A DNA stretch of 64,000 nt from Ardenticatenaceae bacterium (lineage in GTDB: Bacteria; Chloroflexota; Anaerolineae; Promineifilales; Promineifilaceae). This document shows positions 31,173 to 41,700 of the stretch, piece after piece. A program made the position numbers and the translations under genes. The stretch's first letter is position 1. The number at the start of each line of letters is the position of its first letter. The notes below the pieces were generated by a model. That model saw only the letters and a program-made list of their open reading frames with translations, ran no database searches and was not told where the DNA came from. Location: assembly GCA_020634315.1 (NCBI GenBank), contig JACKBV010000002.1:165286-229285 (forward strand), in the 5' to 3' direction.

Positions 31173-32828
31173 ATGGACAAACGACGATCAGCCGCCACCA
31201 TTTTTCAAGAGCAACAAAACCAACAAATTCAACGCCAACGCAACATCGACCCTCAAGAAGAACCGTTCGCACAACTTGCCGCCTCTGCCCCACAAGGCCC
31301 ACCCCCGCCGCCTCTGGGCAGCGGCTTCAAAACATCAGAAGAGCTGCAACTTGAAAAAGAGCCTATTCGCGTGCGCGAAACCGGCTACGCCTTCTGGAAA
31401 CGAGTCATCGTTCCGCCAAACGCCTACGTCGTCCATACCCGCATCAAACGAGAACAGCCTGTCACCATCGGTCTTGGCGTCTCCTTTCGCTACAATCCAT
31501 ACACCGACGCCTATCTCGTCGTCCCCGCTGCCATGCAAACAATTGGCGTTGTTGCCAACTGCATCAGCAAAGAAAAACAAGGCATCAACATCCTCGCCTA
31601 TGTGCAGTGGCAAATTGACGATTTCGCCATCGCCTATCGCAAACTCGACTTTTCCGACAGCCGTGATCCACTGTCCATTGTCAACGCACAACTACGCGAA
31701 CAAGCCGAAGCAGGCATCAAAGACAAAATCGCCACCATGAGCGTTGAGGAAGTCCTCACCGACAAAGCGCCCATCATCGAAGAGCTAACCACCCGCCTCA
31801 AAGCTGTCACCGAAGGGCGTGGTCAAGGTAACAATGCCGACGAAGGGCTAGGCATCAAGATCGTCACCGTACAAATCCGCGAAGCACTCGTTAGCTCCGA
31901 GCGGCTGTGGGATCATCTCCAGGCTCCATTCCGCCATGAACAAGAAAAACTGGCCCGTGTCAGCCATCTCGCCATGCAAGACCAGATCAAACAAAAAGAG
32001 CTGGAAACCCATCAGCAAGCAGAAACCCGCGAAGCGGAAACGATGGTCGCCATTGAGCGCATCAAGCAAAGCAAACAAACCGAAGCGTCCGAAATCCGCC
32101 TTAACGAGGAGGCCACCCGCTTCACCAGAGAGCAAGAAACCGCACGCCAAAAAATCCAACTGGAAGAAACAACCACCGTTGCCCGGCGCGAATCGGAGCA
32201 GCGCCTCCACACACAGTCCGCACAAATTGAACAGGAGAAGCAGTTACGTGCGCTGCAACTCATCCACGACAAAACGTTAGCCGAAGCACAGCTGCAAACC
32301 GAAGCTGAGAAACAGCAGCAAAGCATGCAAACAGAACAGGCATTGCACGAAATTGCCGAAAACAACCGCCTGGAAGAACTGCGTGTACAGGCTGCCCAAC
32401 TGCATTTGGAACAAGAAAAGGCGCTCAAGACGCAAGAAGCCGCCTTACAACTGCTGCTGCAAGAGCAGGAAATCGCCGCCAAAGCACAAGCCTTGCAAGC
32501 GGATTTGGCACAACAACAACAAACGCACGCCGCACAATTGCTGATGGAGGAAGAATCCCTGCGGGTTAAACTGGCGGCGCAAGAGAAGGAATTGGAAATT
32601 GAACGGCTGCGCCAGGAAATACGCAATTTGGTGAATGAACGTGACTTGCTGCGCCACTTCATTAGCCAACTGCCAGAATTGGCCGCACATATGCCGGAAA
32701 TTCACGAATTACGTGTGCTGCAAACAGGCAGCGGCGATGCCGCGTTTGACAATATGGCCGCCTTTGTCACCAAAGCGATGGCCCTGGCGCAAAGTATGGG
32801 GCTGAAAATAGATAATCAGGCATCGTAA
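31173..32828 (+). CDS. SPFH/band-7 (flotillin-like) domain protein with a long Q/E/A-rich coiled-coil C-terminus
   Basis: N-terminal SPFH-like block (VVHTRIKREQPVTIGLGVSFRYNPYTDAYLVVPAAMQTIGVV ... ILAYVQWQIDD). About 300 aa of heptad-like EQ/AQ/LQ repeats. Confidence 0.6.
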   Translation: MDKRRSAATIFQEQQNQQIQRQRNIDPQEEPFAQLAASAPQGPPPPPLGSGFKTSEELQLEKEPIRVRETGYAFWKRVIVPPNAYVVHTRIKREQPVTIGLGVSFRYNPYTDAYLVVPAAMQTIGVVANCISKEKQGINILAYVQWQIDDFAIAYRKLDFSDSRDPLSIVNAQLREQAEAGIKDKIATMSVEEVLTDKAPIIEELTTRLKAVTEGRGQGNNADEGLGIKIVTVQIREALVSSERLWDHLQAPFRHEQEKLARVSHLAMQDQIKQKELETHQQAETREAETMVAIERIKQSKQTEASEIRLNEEATRFTREQETARQKIQLEETTTVARRESEQRLHTQSAQIEQEKQLRALQLIHDKTLAEAQLQTEAEKQQQSMQTEQALHEIAENNRLEELRVQAAQLHLEQEKALKTQEAALQLLLQEQEIAAKAQALQADLAQQQQTHAAQLLMEEESLRVKLAAQEKELEIERLRQEIRNLVNERDLLRHFISQLPELAAHMPEIHELRVLQTGSGDAAFDNMAAFVTKAMALAQSMGLKIDNQAS

Positions 32829-32863
32829 GTGTTGGGGTTGCACATGATGGGCAATTTGGTACA

Positions 32864-34216
32864 TTGCACTTCATGATAATCCGTAATCGACGAATCCTTT
32901 GCACACTTATGGCGCTGGTCTGGTTGTTCACGGCTTGCCAGACAGCGCCGACAGTTGAAGAAGAAGTTGGGGTGGCAACGGCCGTTTCCACCCCAACACA
33001 GCCCCCCACAACCACACCCCAACCCTCTTCCACGCCCACCCCTGATGTACAAATCATCATTACCACAACTCCGACAGCGACAGTAAACAGTGCGCCAACG
33101 CCCCCCTCTCTCGATTATCTGGCAGCCGCCATCAACGCCGAACTCGCCAACTTCGATGGCCTGAGCAGCTATGTCATCCGCGACCTGCGCACAGGCGAAC
33201 AAATCAGCCACGAACCCGACCTTGCCATTGCCGGCATGAGCCTGATCAAAATCCCCATCCTCATCAACACCTATCGCGTGCTGGATGGCCCACCCGACAT
33301 TGAGCAAACCAAGCTCATCACCCAAACCACCGCCCTTTCCAGCAACTTTGCCGCCAATTTGCTGCTGCAAGTCATCGCTCGCCAGCCCAACAGCTACATT
33401 GGCGCTGACATTGTCACCGAGTCGATGCGCGAACTGGGCCTTTACAACACATTTATGGCTGTGCCCTACGACGCCGAACCCAAGCCAGATCGTCCGCAAA
33501 CTTACCTCACGCCAGCCAACCGGCGCACCGACATGACCACCCATCCAGACATCTACCGCCAGACCACAACTGGCGACCTGGCAGCACTGCTGCTGATGCT
33601 TTATGACTGCGCCACAAACAGCCAGGGGCTGCTGCTGGACACCTATCCTGGCGAACTAACAGCAGGCGAGTGCCAGCAAATTCTCGACATGCTCCAGCTT
33701 AATGAATTGGTGAAATTACTGGAAGCGGGTTTGCCCCCCGGCATCACCATCGCCCACAAAATTGGCTATATCGACGACACCTATGGCGATGCCGCGATTG
33801 TCTACTCGCCCAATGGTGATTACATCCTGGTTTTGGCTCTCTACGCCCCCGTCTGGCTGGAATGGGGCATTGCTTCCCCCCTTTTCACAAGCATCTCGCA
33901 GCTTGTCTATAACCATTTCAACGACCCGGACGCCTACACAACGGCCGTTCTCGCTGCCCCACCTGATTTGCCACCCACCGTCACCCCGGCACCCACGCCC
34001 GATTTGCCACAAGCCATTGTCACCGGAACCAACGGCGTTGGCTTGACACTGCGCAGTGCGCCCGGTGGAGCCGAACTCGCCATCTTGCCCGAAGGCAGCG
34101 TGGTCAGTTTGCTCGACACGCCGCCAAACACGCTCAACGGCATTACCTGGCAGCACATCCGCACCGCGGATGGCACAACTGGCTGGGTTGGCGCGGATTA
34201 TCTGACGGGGCAGTAG
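32864..34216 (+). CDS. Lipoprotein serine hydrolase of the class-A beta-lactamase-like fold with a C-terminal SH3b-like domain
   Basis: Lipobox LFTACQ. SxxK in IAGMSLIKIPIL. C-terminal GVGLTLRSAPGG ... WVGADYLTGQ. Confidence 0.6.
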   Translation: MHFMIIRNRRILCTLMALVWLFTACQTAPTVEEEVGVATAVSTPTQPPTTTPQPSSTPTPDVQIIITTTPTATVNSAPTPPSLDYLAAAINAELANFDGLSSYVIRDLRTGEQISHEPDLAIAGMSLIKIPILINTYRVLDGPPDIEQTKLITQTTALSSNFAANLLLQVIARQPNSYIGADIVTESMRELGLYNTFMAVPYDAEPKPDRPQTYLTPANRRTDMTTHPDIYRQTTTGDLAALLLMLYDCATNSQGLLLDTYPGELTAGECQQILDMLQLNELVKLLEAGLPPGITIAHKIGYIDDTYGDAAIVYSPNGDYILVLALYAPVWLEWGIASPLFTSISQLVYNHFNDPDAYTTAVLAAPPDLPPTVTPAPTPDLPQAIVTGTNGVGLTLRSAPGGAELAILPEGSVVSLLDTPPNTLNGITWQHIRTADGTTGWVGADYLTGQ

Positions 34217-34258
34217 TCGGTGGGCGGTGGGCGGTGAGCGGTAATCGGTAAGCGGTGG
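34217..34258. repeat. Heptanucleotide tandem repeat array (CGGTGGG CGGTGGG CGGTGAG CGGTAAT CGGTAAG CGGTGGC) exactly filling the spacer between convergent stop codons
   Basis: Directly read. Same CGGTRRN family as 26706-26771, in mRNA-sense orientation of the upstream plus-strand gene. Confidence 0.7.
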
Positions 34259-34759
34259 CTAGCCGATTTCGGCCAGCACTTCATCGCGCAGCACGCTTTG
34301 GTTGGTGCTGACATGAACGGCCGTTACCACACCACCGCGTGGCGAGCGGATTTCATTCTCCATCTTCATCGCTTCCAGCACCAACAACGGCTGCCCGGCC
34401 ATCACCGTCTCGCCAGCCTGCACCAACACCTGTGTCACCAACCCTGGGATGGGTGCTTTGACGCGCCCGTCACGGCTGCGCGGACGCGCCACAGCCGCCT
34501 CTAAGTCGCGCACTTCCAAGTTGTGCAAGCCGCTGTATGTTTTAATCCAGCGCAACTGCTCGTCAAAGACAATTTCGTAGGGACGGCCGTTTACAATCAT
34601 CCAATCAATATTCGCCACTGAATGATTCGGGGGCGGAACTTGCACCGACAAGGGCACGCCATCTACCAGCACGGTAACGGCCGTTCCATTCCAATGCATC
34701 ACATCCAACGCTACCTCAAACAACTGCTCTTCAATCGTTACCAATAACTTATTCATCAT
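34259..34759 (-). CDS. Biotin carboxyl carrier protein (biotinyl domain) of acyl-CoA carboxylase
   Basis: GQPLLVLEAMKMENEIRSP biotinylation motif (AMKM). GAGGAGG Shine-Dalgarno before ATGATG at 34759/34756. Confidence 0.8.
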   Translation of the reverse strand: MMNKLLVTIEEQLFEVALDVMHWNGTAVTVLVDGVPLSVQVPPPNHSVANIDWMIVNGRPYEIVFDEQLRWIKTYSGLHNLEVRDLEAAVARPRSRDGRVKAPIPGLVTQVLVQAGETVMAGQPLLVLEAMKMENEIRSPRGGVVTAVHVSTNQSVLRDEVLAEIG

Positions 34760-34766
34760 CCCCTCC

Positions 34767-36248
34767 TCACGACGCCAGCCGCCGACTGGCACGATGCCAG
34801 CCCGACTGCGTCCGTGGCGACACCGTTGGGCTTTCCGGCGCATTGCGGCGCAAATACAAAATTGCCGCTATCGCCGCCAGATCACGCAAATGCTCTTGCA
34901 AATCCACAAATTCACCCAACGGCTGCCGCAGCAAATCCGTCGTATACGCCCCTTTGATAAACGCCGACGACGTAAAAACACGCTGCAACACAGGCAAATT
35001 CGTCGCCAACCCGGTCAATTTCAAACCTTCCAACGCCCGCTGCATTCGCTGCAAACAAAGCTGCCGGTCAGCGCCCCACACCGACAATTTGGCAAGCAGC
35101 GGGTCATACGTATCAGGAACCCGACAGCCACAATACACATATGTGTCTACGCGAATCTCTGGCCCGCCCGGCAAACGCATCATGTCCACCTGTCCGGGGC
35201 TGGGCAAGAAATGGTTCCAGGGGTCTTCCGCGTTGATCCGGCACAGCATCGCCCAGCCTTGCGGTTGCACATCCTGCTGCGTCCATCCCAATGGCTCCCC
35301 GGCAGCAATGCGAATTTGCTCGCGCACCAGGTCCAGGCGCGTCACCAATTCTGTCAATGGATGCTCCACCTGAATCCGCGCTTTAATTTCAGTAAAGTAA
35401 AATTGCCCGGCTTCATCGACGAGGAATTCAACGGTTCCGGCATTTTGATAATTAAAGAGACGGGCAATGGCAACGGCCGTTTCACACAACACATGCCGCT
35501 GCTCCGGCGTCAAACTCGGCGAAGGCGTTTCCTCCACCACCTTGCGATTCCCCAGCACCAACGACCCCTCCCGGTCGCCCAAATGCACCAGATTCCCTTG
35601 CCCATCCCCCAACACCTGCACCGCCACCTGATGTGCCGGTAAAATCGCCCTTTCCAGATACACCTCTTGGCTGCCAAAAACCACACGCGATTCCGCCTGC
35701 GCCCGCTGCATCGCCCGCAGCAATTGCTGCGGCGAACGCGCCAGCCGTTCCCCTGGCCCACGCCCGCCATTACACGACTTAATCACCAGCGGATATTCCA
35801 ATTCACCCGCCGCCGCACGCAGCGCCGCCAAATCATCAACACCAAACGAAATCGGCGAACTCATCACCGTAGGAAAGCCAGCGGCGCGTACCGTTGACAA
35901 AGCCGCCAATTTATCGCGCACACCTTGCACAACCTCCACCGGTGGGCCAATAAAAGCCAGCCCCGCCATCTGGCAAGCACGAATAAAACCCACATCTTCC
36001 GCCAGAAAACCATAACCGGGATGGATGGCATCCGCGCCACAGCGCTGCGCCAGCTCAATGATCGCCGCGCCATCCAAGAAACCTTCATCGCTCACCAGTT
36101 CCACACATTCATCCGCCAGGCGCACATGCAATGATTGCTGATCGGCCGCTTCATACACAGCAACGGCCGTAATCCCCATTTCACGGCACGTATGCACAAT
36201 CCGCACCGCAATTTCCCCCCGATTGGCAATGAGTATCTTCTTAAACAT
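34767..36248 (-). CDS. accC: Biotin carboxylase subunit of acetyl/propionyl-CoA carboxylase
   Basis: MFKKILIANRGEIAVRI ATP-grasp N-terminus. Stand-alone biotin-carboxylase length of about 490 aa. Confidence 0.9.
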   Translation of the reverse strand: MFKKILIANRGEIAVRIVHTCREMGITAVAVYEAADQQSLHVRLADECVELVSDEGFLDGAAIIELAQRCGADAIHPGYGFLAEDVGFIRACQMAGLAFIGPPVEVVQGVRDKLAALSTVRAAGFPTVMSSPISFGVDDLAALRAAAGELEYPLVIKSCNGGRGPGERLARSPQQLLRAMQRAQAESRVVFGSQEVYLERAILPAHQVAVQVLGDGQGNLVHLGDREGSLVLGNRKVVEETPSPSLTPEQRHVLCETAVAIARLFNYQNAGTVEFLVDEAGQFYFTEIKARIQVEHPLTELVTRLDLVREQIRIAAGEPLGWTQQDVQPQGWAMLCRINAEDPWNHFLPSPGQVDMMRLPGGPEIRVDTYVYCGCRVPDTYDPLLAKLSVWGADRQLCLQRMQRALEGLKLTGLATNLPVLQRVFTSSAFIKGAYTTDLLRQPLGEFVDLQEHLRDLAAIAAILYLRRNAPESPTVSPRTQSGWHRASRRLAS

Positions 36249-36322
36249 ACAGTTGAATCCTTTAGCGCAGCCGCAGTATGGCTCTAACGAACCATCTCAC
36301 AAACGCACTCTCTCACGCCCCA

Positions 36323-37870
36323 TCACATCGGCGAAATCCCATGCTTGCGGGGGACATGCCGGTCGCGCTTTGACAGCGTCACTTCCAGCGAACGAATCAA
36401 GATGCGGCGTGTGTCGCGCGGTTCAATCACATCGTCAATCAAGCCGCGTGACGCCGCCACATAAGGATTGTTGAACTTCGTCTCGTAATCCTGCACCAAT
36501 TCTTGCCGCTTCAGATGCGGATCGGCCGCTGCTTGCAAATCGCGGCGGAACAAAATGTTCACCGCCCCTTCCGCGCCCATCACGGCCAATTCCGCATTCG
36601 GCCACGCATAGAGCAAATCGCCGCGCAATCCTTTGCTGCTCATCACACAGTACGCGCCACCATAACTCTTGCGCAAAATGACCATCAACTTGGGCACAGT
36701 CGCTTCGCTGTACGCATAAATCATGCGTGCCCCATTGCGAATAATGCCGCCATACTCCTGATCTTTGCCGGGCAAAAAGCCAGGCACATCTTGCAAAGTG
36801 ATAATGGGAATGTTGTACGCATCGCAAATGCGAATGAAGTGCGCCGTCTTGATGCTGGCCTGAATGTCAATGCAGCCAGCCAACACCATCGGCTGATTGG
36901 CGACAAAGCCAACTACCCAACCATTTAAGCGGCCAAAACCGACCACCATGTTTTCTGCCCATAACTGGTGAATTTCAAAGAAACGGCCGTCATCCACCAA
37001 CGTCGTAATCACCCGCCGCACATCATACGGTTTGTGCGGGTCTGTCGGCACAATTTGCTCCAATTCCGGGCAGCGCCGCTGCGGATCATCGAGCGGCTTG
37101 ACATAAGGCGGGTCATCCTGGTTATTTGATGGCAAATAACTGAGCAGCGTGCGCACCTGCTGCAAACATTCGCGGTCATCACGCGCCAAAAAGTGGCAGA
37201 CACCGCTTTCCTGGCTGTGAATCAGGCCACCCCCCAGCTCCTCAAGCCCCACTTCCTCCTGCATCACCGATTTCACCACATCTGGGCCGGTGATGAACAT
37301 GTAGCTGTTTTCCGTCATGAACACAAAATCGGTCAGCGCTGGCGAATAGACCGCGCCACCGGCGCAGGGTCCCATAATCACCGACAACTGCGGGATAACG
37401 CCAGAAGCCTCGCAGTTGGCGTCAAAAATCTGCGCATACCCGGCCAAACTGTCAACGCCTTCCTGAATGCGTGCCCCGCCTGAATCATTCAGGGCAATAA
37501 AGGGTGCGCCATAGCTCAAAGCCATTTTCATCGCCTTGACAATCTTCTGCGCGTGCATTTCCCCCAGCGACCCGCCCATGACAGTGGCATCTTGGGCAGC
37601 AACAAAGGCGCGACGGCCGTTTATTTCACCAAACCCCGTAATCACACCATCGCCATAGCGGGACGTCTTGCCACCGACATACGTCTCCACGCGCGGCGTC
37701 ACCAACGTATCAATCTCCGTAAAGGTATCCGGGTCAAACAGCAAATTCACCCGTTCGCGTGCCGTCAGCCGTCCCTTTTTGTGCTGCTGCGCCACATCTT
37801 TTTCCGTGCCGTAAGCAATCTCCTTACGTTCGCGCAACGCTTTTACGTAAGCTTCCATCTCTTGCGCCAT
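36323..37870 (-). CDS. Acyl-CoA carboxylase carboxyltransferase (beta) subunit, PccB/AccD5-like
   Basis: EKDVAQQHKKGRLTARERVNLLFDPDTFTEIDTLV is the canonical PccB N-terminus. GGAGG Shine-Dalgarno then ATG 37870. Confidence 0.9.
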   Translation of the reverse strand: MAQEMEAYVKALRERKEIAYGTEKDVAQQHKKGRLTARERVNLLFDPDTFTEIDTLVTPRVETYVGGKTSRYGDGVITGFGEINGRRAFVAAQDATVMGGSLGEMHAQKIVKAMKMALSYGAPFIALNDSGGARIQEGVDSLAGYAQIFDANCEASGVIPQLSVIMGPCAGGAVYSPALTDFVFMTENSYMFITGPDVVKSVMQEEVGLEELGGGLIHSQESGVCHFLARDDRECLQQVRTLLSYLPSNNQDDPPYVKPLDDPQRRCPELEQIVPTDPHKPYDVRRVITTLVDDGRFFEIHQLWAENMVVGFGRLNGWVVGFVANQPMVLAGCIDIQASIKTAHFIRICDAYNIPIITLQDVPGFLPGKDQEYGGIIRNGARMIYAYSEATVPKLMVILRKSYGGAYCVMSSKGLRGDLLYAWPNAELAVMGAEGAVNILFRRDLQAAADPHLKRQELVQDYETKFNNPYVAASRGLIDDVIEPRDTRRILIRSLEVTLSKRDRHVPRKHGISPM

Positions 37871-37990
37871 TCTCAATCCTCCGCTCCAGGTAATGCAATT
37901 TGGCAAACCACACTACCTGTATCCCATCCGGGATACTGTTGTTTTTTCTATGTACTGCTGTAATTTCCGTAAAACTTTGTATTCGTGGCT

Positions 37991-38686
37991 CTAAGCTGCC
38001 AGCGTCAGGACAAATCCATCCAGAACACGCCACCACCCTTGCAGCGGCGGCGCAACCCGTAAACGGCTGGCGTCTAACTCGATGGCAAACGGCGTCCACG
38101 CTTGTGGTGGTACGGCCGTTACCGCAAACAAACACGTCACACAACGCGTATCAACCATCAACCCAACCTGCAACGCCTTCAACGCCGCTTCCTTCGCACT
38201 CCAAATCGCCGTCACCAGCGTCGCCTGCATCTCCGGCACAGCTTGCTGCACCAAGTCCTGCTCCACCGCCGTAAAATAATCCTGCACAAACTGCGGCGAA
38301 CGCGGCGCAATTTGCTCAATATCCGCGCCAATCGGCGGATTGCGCCGCGGCAGCGCCGCGCAAAATGCATGGCTGTTTGAATGACTGATGGAAATGCTCG
38401 GCAGGTCAGCCCGTGCCACAGCGCCACATTGTACCACCGGAGCATGGGTATGACCGTTCAACACCTGCAACTCCGCCAACGGAACCTCGGTGCCACAGCG
38501 CTCGCGAAGCACCTGTTGCAGCAAATGCTTTGCCGTCCAACGCCCTAACAACCAATCCCGCCGCCGCTTTTCTGTGCGCAATCGGGCAAAATGTGCCGCC
38601 TCTGCCGCTCCCAGCAATCCTGCCGGGGGCATGCCCTGCGCCAACCCTGGAAACGCTGCTGCCGTTTGTACAAGCCAGTTGATCAT
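37991..38686 (-). CDS. Sfp-type 4'-phosphopantetheinyl transferase
   Basis: GADIEQI (G-x-D-x-E), FTAVEQD ... WSAKEAALKAL (W..KE...K motif). Immediately downstream of the PKS. Confidence 0.8.
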   Translation of the reverse strand: MINWLVQTAAAFPGLAQGMPPAGLLGAAEAAHFARLRTEKRRRDWLLGRWTAKHLLQQVLRERCGTEVPLAELQVLNGHTHAPVVQCGAVARADLPSISISHSNSHAFCAALPRRNPPIGADIEQIAPRSPQFVQDYFTAVEQDLVQQAVPEMQATLVTAIWSAKEAALKALQVGLMVDTRCVTCLFAVTAVPPQAWTPFAIELDASRLRVAPPLQGWWRVLDGFVLTLAA

Positions 38687-38758
38687 ATGCCTTGTATTCC
38701 ATGTCCCGTAATCGGCAACCGATGACCCGATTACCGATTACGGATTATCAATTGCCGC
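38687..38758 (-). other. Structured PKS-PPTase intercistronic spacer: CGGTAAT heptamer repeats plus a 10-bp inverted repeat CCGTAATCGG...CCGATTACGG
   Basis: Minus-strand RNA reads AUAAUCCGUAAUCGGUAAUCGGGUCAUCGGUUGCCGAUUACGGG. Confidence 0.45.
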
Positions 38759-41700
38759 TCACGACAGCGGTCGTGCCACCGTGCGATAACCTTGCAGTTC
38801 AACAAACACCACGCCATCGTCGTCGACAACCTGCCCGGCAAAAGTCTCGCCATCGTCGTCTGTGCGCAGCAGCGCGTAAAGACGTTTGCCGGCCGCCTCT
38901 TGTGGCTGTCGCTGCGCCGTGACCGCGCCAATGCCCAAGGGGAAACCCATTGCCTGCTTTACTTCTTGCGTCCACAACGCCGCCGCCTGGAAACAAAGTT
39001 CTACCAATCGCGGAGCCATTAACGAAGTGGCATCTGCCGGGTCGGTATTGGGCGGCAAGGTGGCAGGCAGCAAGCAAACGGCCGTTTCCCCCACCACCTT
39101 TGCGCGTTCAATCACCTGATACGCCGGGCCATGAAAGAAAGATTCGTAAATCGTCTCCGCCACAATCGGCAGCGATTCCGCCGCCGGTGGCGTGAAGGCA
39201 ATCGTTGGCGCTGCCATGGCCGCCGTGCCCAAATGCACCTGCGCCGCAAAATGCTGCTGCGTTCGCTGCGGCAGCCCGTCGCGCACCGGTTTGGTGACGG
39301 AATGCAGCGTTGTTTGCGCCAACAACTGCCCCGGCGCAGGCAGTTCCAGCACAACATTCAGGTGCAGTGTGCGCGGTTCATTGCGGAAAAACTTGAATGC
39401 GCCGGACATGGTGACATCGGTAACGGCCGTTACCCGTCCCTCAGGCATCGCGGCCAACGACGCCGCCACCAACGCGGCCTGCGCCATCGCCTCCGTCGCC
39501 ATCACCCCTGGCAGCCAAGGCGTGCCCGCATCGGGGGCGTGGTCATACAAAAAGGGTTGGCGCGTCGGGTCAAGCGTCGTTTCCACCGCCAATCCACCGT
39601 ACAACATCGCCCCTTGCAACGTGCCCACCATCAGCAAATCGCCAAACTTCTCTTGCCGCCACGCATTGGCCTGCGCCACATCCAAACCACCCGTCTCATC
39701 CCATTCCTGTGTCAACAGGCCCAGCGCACCGCCAACTACCAGTTCGCCGCCGCCATACAGCAGTTCGCGCCGCACAGTGGGAATTCCCACCGCCGTTGGC
39801 AGCATTTCGATGCCTGCCATCTCCATAATCTTGGGAATCGAGCCACGCGTCGCCATGCCAATTTCGCCCCAGGCTGTCCAGTCCAGAGCAATGCCGCGCG
39901 TCTCCGGCCGCCAGCGGCGCAGGCTGCTTGTCACCTTGCACAGCAAATCATTGGCCGCGCTGTAATCCGTCTGCCCATTGTTGCCAAAACGCCCGGCCAC
40001 CGAGCTAAAAACGACGGTCGCGGCGATAGGCAGATCGTGTGCCGCACGCAGCAAATTGAAGAAGCCATCCGCCTTCACATCAAACACAAGGTCGAATTCG
40101 CGTGCCTCTTTTTTGTCCAACGACCGGCTGATTTCCAGCCCGCCAGCATGAACGAGGGCGTCTATTTTGCCATAGCGAGTGCGGATGTCGGCGATAACGG
40201 CCGTTACCGCTTCCCCATCCAACAAATTAACGCTGTGATAATGAGCCGTACCGCCAGCCGCTTCCACCGCCTCAATCGCCCGCAGCGCCGCTTCCGTCCG
40301 CTCGATTGCCAATAACTGTTTCTCAATCAGCGCCGGTGTGGGCCGTTCGCCAGCTGCTTTAGCCGCCGCAATCAACTGCTGCTTCAACGCCTCTTTGTCG
40401 CTGCGGAACAACTGCACCTGCGCGTCATGCCGCGTCGGCGCGGCAACCAGGTCAAGCAGGTAAAAGATGCCGCCGCTGGCTGCTGCCAGGTCGGCAACGA
40501 TGGCGCTGGTGATGCCGCCAGCCGCCCCGGTGACGACAAAAACCGTGTGCTCATCGAGCGTCAGCGCCGGGGTGTCGGGCAACGGCCGTTCCTGCAAACC
40601 AATCGCCACCCGCTGCTCGCCCACATAGCCCACTTCCACCGCACCGGGGTCTGTTTCCGTCTCGGCCAACAGCGCATCCGCGAAAACGGCCGTTTTCCGA
40701 CTCAGTTCAAAGTCCACAGCCTTCACCAACACATCAGGGCGCTCACGCTTGTACGCCTTGGCAAAGCCAACCACAGCCCCGCCCAAAGGAGCCGTTGCCC
40801 CTGCCGCGCCATAGCCATGCTGCCCGCCCAGGCGCGTAGCCGTCACCAGGAACGTGCCCGGCTGGTTCACCACGTCATACAAAGCCCGCATGGTGGCATA
40901 CAAATTCTTGCTGCGCTGACGATTCAATTCGCGCCAGGCGGCCAGGTCAAGCTCCATCAAATCAGGCTCCGCATCCAACGCCGCCAGCCAATACACCCCT
41001 TGAATCGCGCCAGCATGACGCCACGCAGTCACCTGTGTCACCAACTCCGCCGTTGGCCGCGCCACATCCAAAGCCAACACAGTCGCCCCACGCTTTTCCA
41101 GGCGGCTGATCACGGCCTTGCCGACACCGCCCTGGTCGAGAGCCACAAGCACGCGGCTGTCCGCGCCCAACGTGACCCCCGTCGGTTTACACCAGGCCAA
41201 CGCCGGTCGCAGCACGGCCACCGGCATACGCCGCGGCACACGATTGGCATTTTCCAGGGAAGACGGGGTGATGCGGGTTGAAGCAGGCACAACGCCCGCC
41301 ACTTCCCCCATCACCCCGTCAACTTTTAAATCCGGACGCATTTCGTAAACAAAACCAATCACCTTTTCCAGCGTCGTGTAATCGCGCAAAGCCAAATCGT
41401 CGCGGCGCGGAATGTCAAACTCGCTGCGAATGGCGGCAAATGTTTCTGCCTGTTTCACCGTGTCAATGCCCAGGTCTGCTTCCAAATCCAGGTCTAGCTC
41501 CAACATATCAGGCGGATAACCCGTTTGCTTGGCGACAATTTCCAGCACTTTGGCGGTCACTGCGTCAAATGAACCCGCGTCGGGCGTGGATGGCAGTGTG
41601 GCAACGGCCGTTTCGCTCACCACCTCCGGTTCAGCCGCCACTTTTTGATTGCCCAAATCGGGGCGCATCTCGTAGACAAAGCCAATCACCTTCTCCAGTG

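Noticed and set aside
32012-32662. 216-aa Cys/Ser-rich ORF on the minus strand inside the flotillin-like gene
   Set aside because: Mirror image of the CAG/CAA-rich coiled-coil coding repeats. No start context. Rejected.
37916-37950. Hairpin GTATCCC-ATCC-GGGATAC followed by a T-run just upstream of the carboxyltransferase start
   Set aside because: It is oriented as a plus-strand terminator, but there is no plus-strand gene upstream. On the minus strand it lacks a U-tail. Function unclear, so not called.
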